Positions 24,325 to 34,550 are shown, numbered from the stretch's first letter. The stretch is DNA of 34,550 nucleotides from an uncultured Gammaproteobacteria bacterium (GCA_964531215.1 CAZHFK010000004.1:1-34550), one strand, 5' to 3'. The notes: generated by a model from the sequence alone, not told the origin. Program-made: numbers and translations.

Positions 24325-25693
24325 AATATCTTAAATATTTTTTTAAATTCGTCATCAGTCCTTCCTGCCAAATAGGCTTTCTTGACAAAGTTATATTTAA
24401 ATTTTTAAGCAAAACTCCCTGAGCCGACGAGCTTAAACCCGGTACAGAAATTATAAATCGTAATTTGCCATTATCAAAATCTTTATCATGCAAATCAAAA
24501 CTGATATTATTAATATTAAAATCATTTTTACTTAAAGGCAAGTCATATTGAGTTATAATATAATTTATATTTTCCTTATCCAAATCGGTTGTCTTATATA
24601 AATTTTTAAACAACGGATTAAAATATTGTTCCTGCGAAAAGGCAAAAAGCCCTTCACCGGTAATCTGCAAATTGCCTTTGGGAATTGCAACTTCTTTTTG
24701 GCCGGGCTCAAAATCAAGATTATACTGCTGCCAAATTTCTTCAATATTTAAATTTTCTTGATCAATTTTAATTTTTTGCAAACCGTCATTAGTAGCGGCT
24801 AAAAAAGTTAAATTATTACTTTCAGTTATTAATTGGGCGGGGCTGACCAAATCAAAACCATTAACAAAACTTAAATATTGCTGCTTTGTCTTAATTTTTT
24901 TGGTTTGGACAAAATTATTAGTGGATAAAGCCAATTTATAATAATCAGTCGGCAACCCCTGCAAACCGGCTACAATCTTATTATTATTTGGTGAAAAAAT
25001 GGCAATATTATTATCTAAATTATCATAAACGTACAAATTGGTATTTTCTGAATTAATCTCAATTTCCTCACTGGCTAAATCAAATTCAAAATACAAGTCC
25101 TCCTCCTGGATATAAGTAAAAATTTCATATCCCCCGTTTAAAACTTTATCCAATTCCGATAATTGCTCGGTTGGCTGATAATTCTCCATTTTATAATCAT
25201 AATCCAAATTATAATTATAAGCGGCAATTTCGCTGACCGGCGGTAAATTATTTAAAAATTCTGCCAAAGACTTAAATTTTTTCTCACGCTGAAATAAAAT
25301 AATATTATTATTTTCCAACTTGGGCCAGGTCAATTGATTAATAATTTTATTATCCAAAGGCTGCAAATCCCAATTATACTCACCTGCTTGCGAACCGATT
25401 TCAATTAAATTATTGGAAAAATTTTTATATGTAAATTCTAAATCTATTTTAGCAAAATCACGCGGTAAATAAACGTCAAAATAAACCGGTTCTTGTTCTA
25501 TATAAACCGAATCAAAAACTTCAACTCTTTCTTGTGGCGTCAATAAAGAAACAAAAGGAGTAAATTTTCTAAAATCGGTTTTAAATGACAATTTGCCCAA
25601 TAAAGCAAAATCTTTAGACAGTATAAATAAGACCGAAGCTACGGCGGCAATAATTATGCTCAACCTGATTAATTTTAAATTATTCTTGCTCAT
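24305..25693 (-). CDS. Membrane-anchored hypothetical protein
   Basis: N-terminal TM, 462 aa, overlaps neighbours. Confidence 0.75.
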   Translation of the reverse strand: MSKNNLKLIRLSIIIAAVASVLFILSKDFALLGKLSFKTDFRKFTPFVSLLTPQERVEVFDSVYIEQEPVYFDVYLPRDFAKIDLEFTYKNFSNNLIEIGSQAGEYNWDLQPLDNKIINQLTWPKLENNNIILFQREKKFKSLAEFLNNLPPVSEIAAYNYNLDYDYKMENYQPTEQLSELDKVLNGGYEIFTYIQEEDLYFEFDLASEEIEINSENTNLYVYDNLDNNIAIFSPNNNKIVAGLQGLPTDYYKLALSTNNFVQTKKIKTKQQYLSFVNGFDLVSPAQLITESNNLTFLAATNDGLQKIKIDQENLNIEEIWQQYNLDFEPGQKEVAIPKGNLQITGEGLFAFSQEQYFNPLFKNLYKTTDLDKENINYIITQYDLPLSKNDFNINNISFDLHDKDFDNGKLRFIISVPGLSSSAQGVLLKNLNITLSRKPIWQEGLMTNLKKYLRYYENEIK

Positions 25694-27359
25694 ATTCTGT
25701 AAATTTAATTTTATATAAAGTTTCTGTTTGATTAATTTTAACCGGCGCCATTAATTCAAAACCATAATAATCATATAAGTTATAATTAAATTCATCAATA
25801 TATTCCCGACCTTCAAAAGCATAATAATATAAGGGCACATCGGCTTTTAATAAATCAGCCCAATAACCGGCTTCTTCAAAATTCCATTTGGCAATAACCT
25901 TTCTTTGCGGAAAAAATATTTTATCACTTCTTTGACTGATAATGACCGCTTCCGGCTCTGTTAATTCAACGATTTTTTTATTAATTTGATTATAATCCTG
26001 AGTATGCTGTTTTATATTTGCAAGATTATCATTGCCGCTCAAATAAACAACATCAACCGTAAAAGCAATAAAACAAAAAGCTAAAAAAGCACTTAGGGCG
26101 ATTTTAAATTTTTTACTTTTTTCGCCAAGAGCGGATCCGCCTCTGGCGGAAAACAAACCTATTAAATGTAAATAAAAAGTAGCAATAAAGGGCAAACATA
26201 AAATATAAATCGGCAAAAAATAACGGACATAAGAAAGGCCTATTTTATTTAATTGCAAGGTCATCTGATCTTCAAAAATCCAACTGCCATAATAAATAGC
26301 CAGATAAACCGCTAAGCAAAAAGTAATTAATAAATAAACCCCCTTGGCTTGTTTATGAAAATTTTTAATTAAAACAAAAATACCGATTACTGCCGGGATG
26401 AAAAGCCACCAAAATAATTGAATAAAATACTGATTAATGTTATGAATAATTGCGCCGGCTGAAAAACCAAAGGGCAAGATTAAAAATTTTATAAAATTAT
26501 ATATTGCTGATTGAGCAGTGGTTTGAAATTCCGGAGGCAATTGAGAAACAAGACCATTGCCTTGCTCCAATTGTAAATAGCCAAATGATAAATAATCACC
26601 ATAAGTAATTTGATTATAATAAAAAATCGGCAAAAACACCAAGCAATTCACTGTTATAAAAATTAAGATATAAGACCATTTTAATTTACGCCAATAAACT
26701 ATAGCTAAAAATAAAATTATACCCAAAACCCAAACAAACTCATTGGTCCTGATAATTAAAGCCAAAGCAATAAAAAAAGAACCCAAAATCAACCATAAAA
26801 TATTTCTGGACTTAGCTTTATTTAAATTTAATAAACAATAAAAACCAATCAGCAAAAAGCTTAAAAAACCAATATTGGGCAACATGCTTAAACTGGCATA
26901 ATACCACCAGGCCGGATTTATAAAAAATAAAAGCGCGCTTAAAAAAGCAATATTCGGCTTAAAAATTTTTAGTAAAATTTTATAAAAAAATAAACCGGAA
27001 ATAACTGCCAGAAAAGGTGTTAAAAATAAAATCAATTTAGCACCGACTATTTTACCGATTAAACCATAAATCAAAAGCATCCCCAAAAAAGAACCAGGCA
27101 CTAAATTATTTTGATATACATTAAAACTGCGCGGTTTGATTAAATTGGCGCCGACTTCATTCAAGGGTTCGTAAAAAGAAAAACTATTATTGGTAATATA
27201 ATTACCAATAAAAAAATAATTGGCAGTTTCATCAGGCCAGGTAAAGCGTGACAAACTATTGCCAAAGTTTAAATAAGAATAAATAAAAAAGAAAATCACG
27301 CCCAAAACAAGCAAAATCCCCAATTGTAATTTTTTATCGTTTTTTAACTTAACTAACAT
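25680..27359 (-). CDS. GT-C superfamily (PMT/ArnT-like) glycosyltransferase
   Basis: WPDETANY after first TM, many TMs, IRTNE, RYFLP. Confidence 0.75.
   Translation of the reverse strand: MLVKLKNDKKLQLGILLVLGVIFFFIYSYLNFGNSLSRFTWPDETANYFFIGNYITNNSFSFYEPLNEVGANLIKPRSFNVYQNNLVPGSFLGMLLIYGLIGKIVGAKLILFLTPFLAVISGLFFYKILLKIFKPNIAFLSALLFFINPAWWYYASLSMLPNIGFLSFLLIGFYCLLNLNKAKSRNILWLILGSFFIALALIIRTNEFVWVLGIILFLAIVYWRKLKWSYILIFITVNCLVFLPIFYYNQITYGDYLSFGYLQLEQGNGLVSQLPPEFQTTAQSAIYNFIKFLILPFGFSAGAIIHNINQYFIQLFWWLFIPAVIGIFVLIKNFHKQAKGVYLLITFCLAVYLAIYYGSWIFEDQMTLQLNKIGLSYVRYFLPIYILCLPFIATFYLHLIGLFSARGGSALGEKSKKFKIALSAFLAFCFIAFTVDVVYLSGNDNLANIKQHTQDYNQINKKIVELTEPEAVIISQRSDKIFFPQRKVIAKWNFEEAGYWADLLKADVPLYYYAFEGREYIDEFNYNLYDYYGFELMAPVKINQTETLYKIKFTEYEQE
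26121..26150. repeat. Tandem 15-bp palindromes in-frame (encode SARGG-SALGE)
   Basis: ttcgccaagagcgga tccgcctctggcgga. Confidence 0.8.
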
Positions 27360-27401
27360 AATATTCTTTATTTTAGCAAAATAATTAATTTTTTAAAATA
27401 C

Positions 27402-27430
27402 TTGACAAAAACACAATAAAATGTTATTAT
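27402..27430 (+). promoter_or_regulatory. sigma70 promoter
   Basis: TTGACA-17 bp-TATTAT. Confidence 0.75.
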
Positions 27431-27459
27431 TTAGCATCAATTTAAAAGGAGGAAATCAG

Positions 27460-27756
27460 ATGTTTGAAAGAAAAAAGAAGATGATCAAAGTCCAGTTAAC
27501 TTATGTATGTCGAACGATTGGTTTTATAGCAAAAAAAGATATTGAGATTCCCTATTTGCAAGAAGGGCTGGAAATTTCGCAAATTTTTGATAGCGTAGTT
27601 GAGGGTAATAATGAAGGTGAAATTTTTACTATTATCAAAATCCGATATCTTTTGAAAGACGATATCTATGTTGCTTGGGTAAAAAAAGAGTCGTATGATC
27701 CTGGTGATCGGTTTAACTTTGATGACGCAGGTTGGCATACAAAAATGCTACTTTAA
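27460..27756 (+). CDS. Hypothetical protein (start revised to MFERKK)
   Basis: AAGGAGG SD, own promoter and terminator. Confidence 0.75.
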   Translation: MFERKKKMIKVQLTYVCRTIGFIAKKDIEIPYLQEGLEISQIFDSVVEGNNEGEIFTIIKIRYLLKDDIYVAWVKKESYDPGDRFNFDDAGWHTKMLL

Positions 27757-27768
27757 ATCTGTAACATG

Positions 27769-27797
27769 AGCCCGTCTCAGTGAGACGGGCTTTTTTT
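27769..27797 (+). terminator. Intrinsic terminator
   Basis: agcccgtctc-agt-gagacgggct plus T-run. Confidence 0.9.
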
Positions 27798-27830
27798 ATT
27801 TAATAAATATTATGCTAAATTCACAAGATC

Positions 27831-27859
27831 TTGACGAAAATCAAAATAAATGATATTTT
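27831..27859 (+). promoter_or_regulatory. sigma70-type promoter
   Basis: TTGACG-17 bp-TATTTT with TGn. Confidence 0.6.
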
Positions 27860-27895
27860 CATATAATCAAAATATCAATTTAGGAGGTAATCAAA

Positions 27896-28360
27896 ATGGT
27901 AGGAATAGGAATGAGAATGGGACAATCTCTAAGACAAACGCAAAGATTGTCTAACAGATTAACAATTAACCAATACATGCGAATTTACTTTGGTGATTTT
28001 ACTTCAACTCCAAATGCAATCTGCCCCAAATGTGGGCATGAACTCAATGAAAAAGACATCAAGGCTGGTTTTTCTGATAATCCTCAGGAACTCAGGACAA
28101 CTTGTCCCAAATGCCAAAAAAAATTCTTGGCAAATCTCATCCTTGAATTTCAGGATGAAGAAAAAGAAACGGAAATAGTCAACTTTATTTGTCCAGAGCA
28201 AACCCTTGATCAAATGAAATCAATCAAACAAAGTCGCGGCTGTTTAGGAATCAAATTCTTATCTGAAAAAAATCGGCAGCTTTTCTACAACATGATCAGA
28301 CATTGGGGAACTTATGATAAAGCGCTCCAAGCCATGAATGATTATATGGTAGAAAAATAA
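27896..28360 (+). CDS. Zinc-ribbon hypothetical protein
   Basis: CPKC...CPKC pair; AGGAGGT SD. Confidence 0.8.
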   Translation: MVGIGMRMGQSLRQTQRLSNRLTINQYMRIYFGDFTSTPNAICPKCGHELNEKDIKAGFSDNPQELRTTCPKCQKKFLANLILEFQDEEKETEIVNFICPEQTLDQMKSIKQSRGCLGIKFLSEKNRQLFYNMIRHWGTYDKALQAMNDYMVEK

Positions 28361-28442
28361 GCCAGATTATCCAAAAATTATTTATAAAAAGGGATATCAT
28401 TAATGCCCTTTTTATTTTTGATAAATATGCTAAAATTAAAAT

Positions 28443-30494
28443 ATGTCTAAAATTTATCAAATTATAATAATTTTGGTTCTAATTTTAGCTATTTTATTAA
28501 ATATAAATTGGCTGCGTTCGGCTGATTTGGGTTTAATTGGCGGCTTGCTTTATATTTTAATTTTTAGTTTTTTATTAGGCAAAACTGCTTGGCCTGATTA
28601 TAGCCCGAGCAGTCAGCTGATTTTGGGCGGATTTAATTTAATGGCCGGCTACTCATTAATCGGCGCTCTAGTCTATTATTTTTATAAACTTGATCAACTG
28701 ACAATCAGCTTATTATTTATAATAATTTCCTTAATTATTATTTATTTAAGCTATAAAACTCAGCCAATTAGCAATTTAAAAAATAAACTGCCGAAAATAA
28801 AACCTTACAATCTTATTTTAATCGGTACTTATTTAATTTTAATTGCTGTTAATTTTTATTTACTCTGGCAGGCTCAAACCGTCAATGCCATTAATTCTCC
28901 CTGGCAAGTAATTAATCCTGCCTTTTTTATAATTTATTTTTTAGCCAGCCTTAATTTAATTTTATTGCTTTTATTTAACAAGAATTTTATTTCCAGTATT
29001 TTACTTGGCCTGCATTTTTTTCTGACAACCGGCATTGCTTTAATTGTTTACAAATTAGGCTATGGTTTTGATCCTTTTATTCATCAGGCAACCGAACAAG
29101 CCATTTATCAAAACGGCTTTATTTTACCAAAACCTTTTTACTATCTGGGCCAGTATTCAATTATTATTTTTTTGGCTCATTTACTGCAAGTCTCAATTGA
29201 CTGGCTTGATAAATTATTGGTACCGATCAGCCTAAGTTTGTTTTTGCCATATTTTATACAGCTAAGCCTTAATAAAACTTTCAAGTGGCCGAAAAGCCGT
29301 TGCCGGCTTTTGACTTTAAGTTTTTTGTTTCTACCGTTTGGTTTATTTATTGCCACCAATCCCCAAGCTTTGGCTAATTTGTTTACTATTATTATTTTAT
29401 TTTTATCGTTTTTATATTTAAAAGACAAACAAATTTCCTTTTACCTGCTTGGCTTTTTAACTTTAACAACGATTTTAATTCATCCAATATCCGGTATCCC
29501 GATTTTAATTTATTTAATTATTATCTGGTTTTTAAATAATAAAAATAAATTCAAAAAAATAATTTTGCCGGTATTTGTTATTGCAGCGGCTCTGGCTTTA
29601 CCGGCGGCATTAATTTTAAATTCTTTTTTATCGATTTATAAAATTGAAATAAATCTACAAAAGATTAATTTTTTCAAACTGCCGGACATATTTGCCCAGC
29701 AATTTAATTTTTTTCTTGACCTTGCTTATTTATACAAAAATTCAATCTATATTTTATTTATCATAATAGCTGCAATTACTTTGGTTTATTTAATTAAACA
29801 AAAAAAAGCCAAGCTATTTATGGCTTCAATATTAACTTTTATAATTTTGATTTTTAATGCTTATTTATTAAAATTGATAAAAATTTCCTATATTATAGAT
29901 TATGAACAAACTTATTTTTCCGAACGGGTTTGGCAGCTGGCTTTTTATTTTTTACTGCCAATAGTTATTTATGGTTTGTATTTATTTATTAAAATAAGCT
30001 TCAAGCGCGCTTTAATTTATAAATTTTTTATAATTTTATTATTAATAATAGCTATAACAGCCAGTCTGTATATTAGTTATCCTCGTTATGATGATTATGA
30101 TAACAGTAATTTTGTTAATCTTTCTCAATTAGATTTTACTGCTGTTGATTATATTGAAGCCAATGCCCAAGGCCGTGATTATATAGTATTATCAAATCAA
30201 ATGACTTCGGCAGCTGCTTTAAAGACTTTTGGCTTTAACCGTTATTATAATGATTATTATTTTTACCCTATCCCGACCGGTGGACAACTATACCGGTATT
30301 TTTTGCAAATGACCAATAATGCCAATCGGCAAATTATGCTGGAAGCAATGGCTTTAACCGAGGTTGAGCAGGCTTATTTTGTTTTACCAAATTATTGGAA
30401 TCAAGCCACAGTCATTGCTGAAAAAGCCGCTAAAGATGCCGAACTGGTTACCACAATCAATGAGCATATTTATATTTACAAATATTCAAAATAA
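28443..30494 (+). CDS. Large polytopic membrane protein, probable GT-C-like
   Basis: Many TMs, YGFDPFIHQA loop, C-terminal soluble domain. Confidence 0.7.
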   Translation: MSKIYQIIIILVLILAILLNINWLRSADLGLIGGLLYILIFSFLLGKTAWPDYSPSSQLILGGFNLMAGYSLIGALVYYFYKLDQLTISLLFIIISLIIIYLSYKTQPISNLKNKLPKIKPYNLILIGTYLILIAVNFYLLWQAQTVNAINSPWQVINPAFFIIYFLASLNLILLLLFNKNFISSILLGLHFFLTTGIALIVYKLGYGFDPFIHQATEQAIYQNGFILPKPFYYLGQYSIIIFLAHLLQVSIDWLDKLLVPISLSLFLPYFIQLSLNKTFKWPKSRCRLLTLSFLFLPFGLFIATNPQALANLFTIIILFLSFLYLKDKQISFYLLGFLTLTTILIHPISGIPILIYLIIIWFLNNKNKFKKIILPVFVIAAALALPAALILNSFLSIYKIEINLQKINFFKLPDIFAQQFNFFLDLAYLYKNSIYILFIIIAAITLVYLIKQKKAKLFMASILTFIILIFNAYLLKLIKISYIIDYEQTYFSERVWQLAFYFLLPIVIYGLYLFIKISFKRALIYKFFIILLLIIAITASLYISYPRYDDYDNSNFVNLSQLDFTAVDYIEANAQGRDYIVLSNQMTSAAALKTFGFNRYYNDYYFYPIPTGGQLYRYFLQMTNNANRQIMLEAMALTEVEQAYFVLPNYWNQATVIAEKAAKDAELVTTINEHIYIYKYSK

Positions 30495-30503
30495 AAAGGA
30501 GGT

Positions 30504-30881
30504 GTGATTTTGAAAATAACGCCAAAAACTTTACAGGAAATTTTTCAGGAGGTTAACCAAAAATATTTTGACAATCAATTAAGCATCAAGGAAATTAAAT
30601 GGGCCAAAGTCACTACTTTATATTCAAAGTATCCTTGCCGTTACCGTTTATGGGCGGTTTGTGAACCTGACACCAAGACAATTCATTTAAATGAAAACAT
30701 AAAAAAAATCAGCCGGCAAATGCCCGGATATGTTTTGGCCTATTTGATTTTTCATGAATGTATTCATTTACTTTACTTAACTCATTGTCCTTCATTTGCA
30801 GAAATTGAAAAAAAATTTCCGCAAATAAAAAAAGCCAATCAATGGCTTTTAGATAATGATAAAAAAATCATAACCGGGTAA
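30504..30881 (+). CDS. SprT/YgjP-like zinc metallopeptidase domain protein
   Basis: L..IF.EVN.KYF, YLIFHECIHL (HExxH), H...F; start GTG 30504 or TTG 30510. Confidence 0.78.
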   Translation: MILKITPKTLQEIFQEVNQKYFDNQLSIKEIKWAKVTTLYSKYPCRYRLWAVCEPDTKTIHLNENIKKISRQMPGYVLAYLIFHECIHLLYLTHCPSFAEIEKKFPQIKKANQWLLDNDKKIITG

Positions 30882-30904
30882 TCAAAATTTAAGATTACCC
30901 GGTT
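30872..30904. terminator. Hairpin between convergent genes
   Basis: aaccgggtaatc-9 nt-gattacccggtt overlapping both stop codons. Confidence 0.7.
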
Positions 30905-32337
30905 TATTTTATCTGACCGTTTTCAACGGCAATTATATTTGAACAAGCATAATTATCAGCCTGGTCAACACTGCAAACCTGATAATAATAACTGCCAACA
31001 CTGGTAATATTAACATTGCTATCAACTAGCTGTGGATTATTGGTTGTGCTAAACTGATCAGTCAAATAATTTGGATTGGTTTTACCAATTGAGCGTAAAA
31101 CAATATATTGCTTAAAATCATTTTCATTATTTTGCTCCCAAGTCAAACTAACTCCGCCAATAGAAATTGCCGCTGATAAATTAGGCGCTGTTGGGGGCGT
31201 AGTATCTTCTTGTGTATCTTCTTGTGTTTCTTCTTCCTGCTCTTCTTCATCTGCCGGAACTTGCATATTAACCACATTACCACAAACAACTTTATCATTG
31301 GTTTTGATTACACAAACTCTATAATAATATGACTCTCCAGAATCAATACTTTGATCCAAATAAGAATTGAGTCCCCGGCTTAAAGATGATTTTATCTCTG
31401 TATTATCAGGGTATTTCAAATTATTATCATTTTTTGATCTGACAATTTTATAATTTTTAAAATCAGCAGCATGATAAATTGACCAAGATAAAAATACGCC
31501 GCTCTGTTTTAAATCGGCCGCCAATTCCAAACTCTGATCAGTTACACTAAAAGCGGGTTCCTCGTCTTCTTGTTCTATATCTTCAGATTCAATTGGCTGA
31601 CCGATATTTTCATCCAAATCAAAATTCCATTGATACCATTCTTCACCGGTCAGATTATCAGGATTAAATTCTTGAATTTGCAACCTATTACTGATTGATT
31701 TATTAAAATCAATTAAAGCTTTCTGCTGATCAGCCAAACGTCTGGCTAAAAGCAAGCCTTGCTGATCATATACTTCAACAATCGGCTGGCCAGTGAAATT
31801 TAAAGCGGCCACAAACTGGGCTTCACTATTGGTTATTAACTCAAATTTATTGCTTAAATTTTTAACAATCAAATCCAAAGATTTGATTTGAAAATTATCC
31901 ACTTCTTGCAAATTATAATAACTACGGCCTTTTATCTGATCAATCATTATATTATCAGTCAATAAACTGTTTAAACTTATCTCCGTATTTTGACCCAAAC
32001 GAATAATTGACCCGTTTTCCAAATTCAAAACTGCCAAACTGTCTGAACCGGTTTTTATTTTATCACCTTGATGTAAAATTTTATCTTTAACAGCCGATTC
32101 ATAAGCCTGGCCATCAATAGACATTAAAACATCGCCTTGTGAAAAACCGAGACTAACCAATAATTTTTCCTGTAAATCCCGGTTAATCGGTGGCTCAACC
32201 TGATCATCAGGCTGATCAATATTAATCCGGCTAAAATAATTGGCATAAAACCAATAAATTAAAGCTCCTAAAGCTATAATAATTATTACAATTATTACCC
32301 ACTTCCAAGGATTGGTTTTACGACGATAATAATACAT
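30904..32337 (-). CDS. Membrane-anchored FecR-like + fibronectin type III protein
   Basis: TM; GDKIKTGSDS.A.L.LENGSIIRLGQNT (FecR-like); two LSW...YYYRVC FN3-like repeats. Confidence 0.75.
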   Translation of the reverse strand: MYYYRRKTNPWKWVIIVIIIIALGALIYWFYANYFSRINIDQPDDQVEPPINRDLQEKLLVSLGFSQGDVLMSIDGQAYESAVKDKILHQGDKIKTGSDSLAVLNLENGSIIRLGQNTEISLNSLLTDNIMIDQIKGRSYYNLQEVDNFQIKSLDLIVKNLSNKFELITNSEAQFVAALNFTGQPIVEVYDQQGLLLARRLADQQKALIDFNKSISNRLQIQEFNPDNLTGEEWYQWNFDLDENIGQPIESEDIEQEDEEPAFSVTDQSLELAADLKQSGVFLSWSIYHAADFKNYKIVRSKNDNNLKYPDNTEIKSSLSRGLNSYLDQSIDSGESYYYRVCVIKTNDKVVCGNVVNMQVPADEEEQEEETQEDTQEDTTPPTAPNLSAAISIGGVSLTWEQNNENDFKQYIVLRSIGKTNPNYLTDQFSTTNNPQLVDSNVNITSVGSYYYQVCSVDQADNYACSNIIAVENGQIK

Positions 32338-32350
32338 AGATTATATAAAA

Positions 32351-33529
32351 CTAAAGACTTAATATTTTATATACGTAATTTTTAATATCAAAATCCTTTG
32401 CTTTTATTTTAGCATTTTCTGCCATTTGTTCAAACTTATCCAAATTATAATAACTTTGATTGAGTTTATTAAGCAAACTAATTTTATTGCCGGGCTCAAA
32501 TAAATAACCTGCCATTCCTTCCTGAACTATCTCGGGTATACCGCCAAGTGAAGCGGCAATAACCGGGGTCGCGTATTTAAAACTGTCATAAACTACGCCC
32601 GGTGAATTTTCATAACAAAGTGAAGGCACAATAGTATAATGAATATTTTTAAAAACCTGCTTGCCCAACCGGTTAGCCGGAATAAAACCTAAAAATTCCA
32701 GCCAATCCTGACCGCCGTATTTGGCTTTTAACATCTGCTCCAAGCTACCCTTGCCAACAATAATCAAACGGCTATTATCAAGCTCATTAAATTCACTAAA
32801 AACATCCAATAAAAATAAAATGCCTTTATGTGGTTCCAACTGACCCAAAAACAAATAATTAACTTTTTTATCATTAAACTTTTTTTGCATTTCTTGGTTA
32901 TCTAAAACCAAAGGATTGGCTAAAATAACTTCTTTTGATTTTTTAAAAAAACCATATTGACGATAAAAATCCATCAGCCATTTGGAAGGCGAAACAACAA
33001 CTTCGGGACTGGAAAATAACCAACGAGTAATCAGATAATAAGGCGCTAAAAATAAAGATTGCTTTTCCTGATTTTTAATCAATAATCCGGTCGGATTTAC
33101 CAGCTGAACATCATGAATCGTATGAATATTTTTAATTTTTAATTTTTTAATCGCCGATAAAGTCAAATATCCCAAACCTTTTAAATTATGCGTCAGAACC
33201 AGTTCTGGTTTTTCTTTTTTTAAAATCTTTTTGACCTGGCGATACGAATGATAATTAAAGGTATCAATAATATGCCAAATAATTCTTTGCCAAAAAGGTT
33301 TTTGATTAATTTCAATAAAAGAAAAAATATTTTTCGGATAAAAACGGTAAACTTTAATATTATCCATTTCCTGGCAATAAAAATTTTTCTTATTGGGCTT
33401 GCCTGAAATAGTGATCACAAAAACGTCATGGCCGTTTTTTTTAAGTTCCTTGACTATAGTATTAAAAACCACTTCAGCTCCCCCGCGACGATAAGGTTTG
33501 TATAAACTGTTGATTAAACAAATTTTCAT
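32351..33529 (-). CDS. GT4 family glycosyltransferase
   Basis: GGAE, HTIHD, FLGQLEPHKG, PSLCYENSP, GGIPE. Confidence 0.92.
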   Translation of the reverse strand: MKICLINSLYKPYRRGGAEVVFNTIVKELKKNGHDVFVITISGKPNKKNFYCQEMDNIKVYRFYPKNIFSFIEINQKPFWQRIIWHIIDTFNYHSYRQVKKILKKEKPELVLTHNLKGLGYLTLSAIKKLKIKNIHTIHDVQLVNPTGLLIKNQEKQSLFLAPYYLITRWLFSSPEVVVSPSKWLMDFYRQYGFFKKSKEVILANPLVLDNQEMQKKFNDKKVNYLFLGQLEPHKGILFLLDVFSEFNELDNSRLIIVGKGSLEQMLKAKYGGQDWLEFLGFIPANRLGKQVFKNIHYTIVPSLCYENSPGVVYDSFKYATPVIAASLGGIPEIVQEGMAGYLFEPGNKISLLNKLNQSYYNLDKFEQMAENAKIKAKDFDIKNYVYKILSL

Positions 33530-33539
33530 AATAAAGATT

Positions 33540-34520
33540 TTAGCCTTTATAATTTATTTCCAAAATATCACAAGCGCCGCAAATCTTTTTTTGATTTATT
33601 CTAAAACGTTTCAAATCCACAGACTGCCATAATTCATTTATGTCTTTATTTAAAATATCACCTATTTCATGTTTGGGCAAAGCGCAGCAAGGCGTGGCCT
33701 GACCGTTGACATTGATATATAAATCTGACAAAGTTCTTAAACAAAATTTGCCACGACGATGCAGCCAAGGATAAACCTTTTTATAAATTTGGCGAGCTAA
33801 ACCGTCAAAAGCCAAATAAGGCAAAAAATCGACTTGGATTTTTTTATTTTTAGTATAATTTACCAAACGCTTAACAAATTCTTTTTCCTGCTGAGGAGTC
33901 GGCCTGTCAAATTGCTGAAAACGAATATCCAGTCTCGAAATTTTTACCCGGTCAACCCCGATATTTTCCGCATAATCAATAATCTTTAAAATATTGGCTT
34001 CACCGTTTTGCGGGTAAGTTGTTTGAAAATAAATCTGTGTCGGCTTGCCTAATTGATTTCTTAATTGAATTAACTTTTTAATATTAGCCAACTGGCCCGT
34101 AATTTCATGGCCAATCGTTTTATCGGTTGATTCCAGTTCATCGATAGAAAAAGTAATAGCTTCAATATTTTGCTCTAATAAAGCTTTAATTTTATTTTCA
34201 TCGAGCAAACTGCCATTACTGGTAAAACGAACTTTAAAACCTTGATCTTTAGCCAAGGCAACAATATCTAAAAACCGAGGATGGCATAAAGGTTCACCCC
34301 AGCCGGTTAAAATTAAATTGGGACATCGGCTGACATCTATTTTAGAAATTATTTTTTTAAATAAATCAAAATCCATATGCTGCAAATCAACTTTTAAATC
34401 AAAACGCTGGCACATCGGACATTTAAAATTACATATATTGGTAATACCGATCTGGATAGTTTGCGGATAAGCCGGCGGCCAATAAAATATTCGCCTGATA
34501 AATTCGCTTAAAATATTCAT
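33540..34520 (-). CDS. Radical SAM/SPASM(twitch) domain protein
   Basis: CNFKCPMC, GWGEPL, C-terminal C...PCC...CGAC. Confidence 0.92.
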   Translation of the reverse strand: MNILSEFIRRIFYWPPAYPQTIQIGITNICNFKCPMCQRFDLKVDLQHMDFDLFKKIISKIDVSRCPNLILTGWGEPLCHPRFLDIVALAKDQGFKVRFTSNGSLLDENKIKALLEQNIEAITFSIDELESTDKTIGHEITGQLANIKKLIQLRNQLGKPTQIYFQTTYPQNGEANILKIIDYAENIGVDRVKISRLDIRFQQFDRPTPQQEKEFVKRLVNYTKNKKIQVDFLPYLAFDGLARQIYKKVYPWLHRRGKFCLRTLSDLYINVNGQATPCCALPKHEIGDILNKDINELWQSVDLKRFRINQKKICGACDILEINYKG

Positions 34521-34550
34521 AATTGCTGGAAAATATTTTTTAATTGAACC

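Noticed and set aside
31200-31250. 12-bp tandem repeat gtatcttcttgt
   Set aside because: Encodes a low-complexity TQED linker between FN3-like domains.
1-34550. CRISPR array, tRNA/rRNA, prophage or integrase
   Set aside because: No regularly spaced repeat-spacer array, RNA gene or phage/recombinase ORF was recognised by eye.

Overview
AT-rich bacterial chromosome segment (standard code 11). The gene content and style suggest Patescibacteria/CPR (inference). It carries housekeeping genes (pyrG, rplI, a ctpA-like S41 protease, murA, arfB, HIT), a dispersed dTDP-rhamnose/surface-glycosylation cluster (two rmlA, rmlD, rmlB, rmlC, GT-C, GT4, radical SAM) and several inserted accessory genes. The highlight is a complete diversity-generating retroelement (DGR) at about 17.4-20.3 kb: RT, Avd, a 116-bp template repeat (TR) and a target gene whose variable repeat (VR) differs from TR at 15 sites, all TR adenines. 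Its layout is unusual. avd is inverted, lies between TR and RT, and is head-to-head with RT at zero spacing. The cassette has no integrase but is bracketed by a 50-bp duplication of the rmlB 5' end. A second, ~0.5-kb insertion (a GIY-YIG nuclease with terminal inverted repeats) is bracketed by a 77-bp duplication of a host gene 3' end. In addition, 15-bp palindromes are inserted in-frame in two proteins. All calls were made by eye; no database searches were run.
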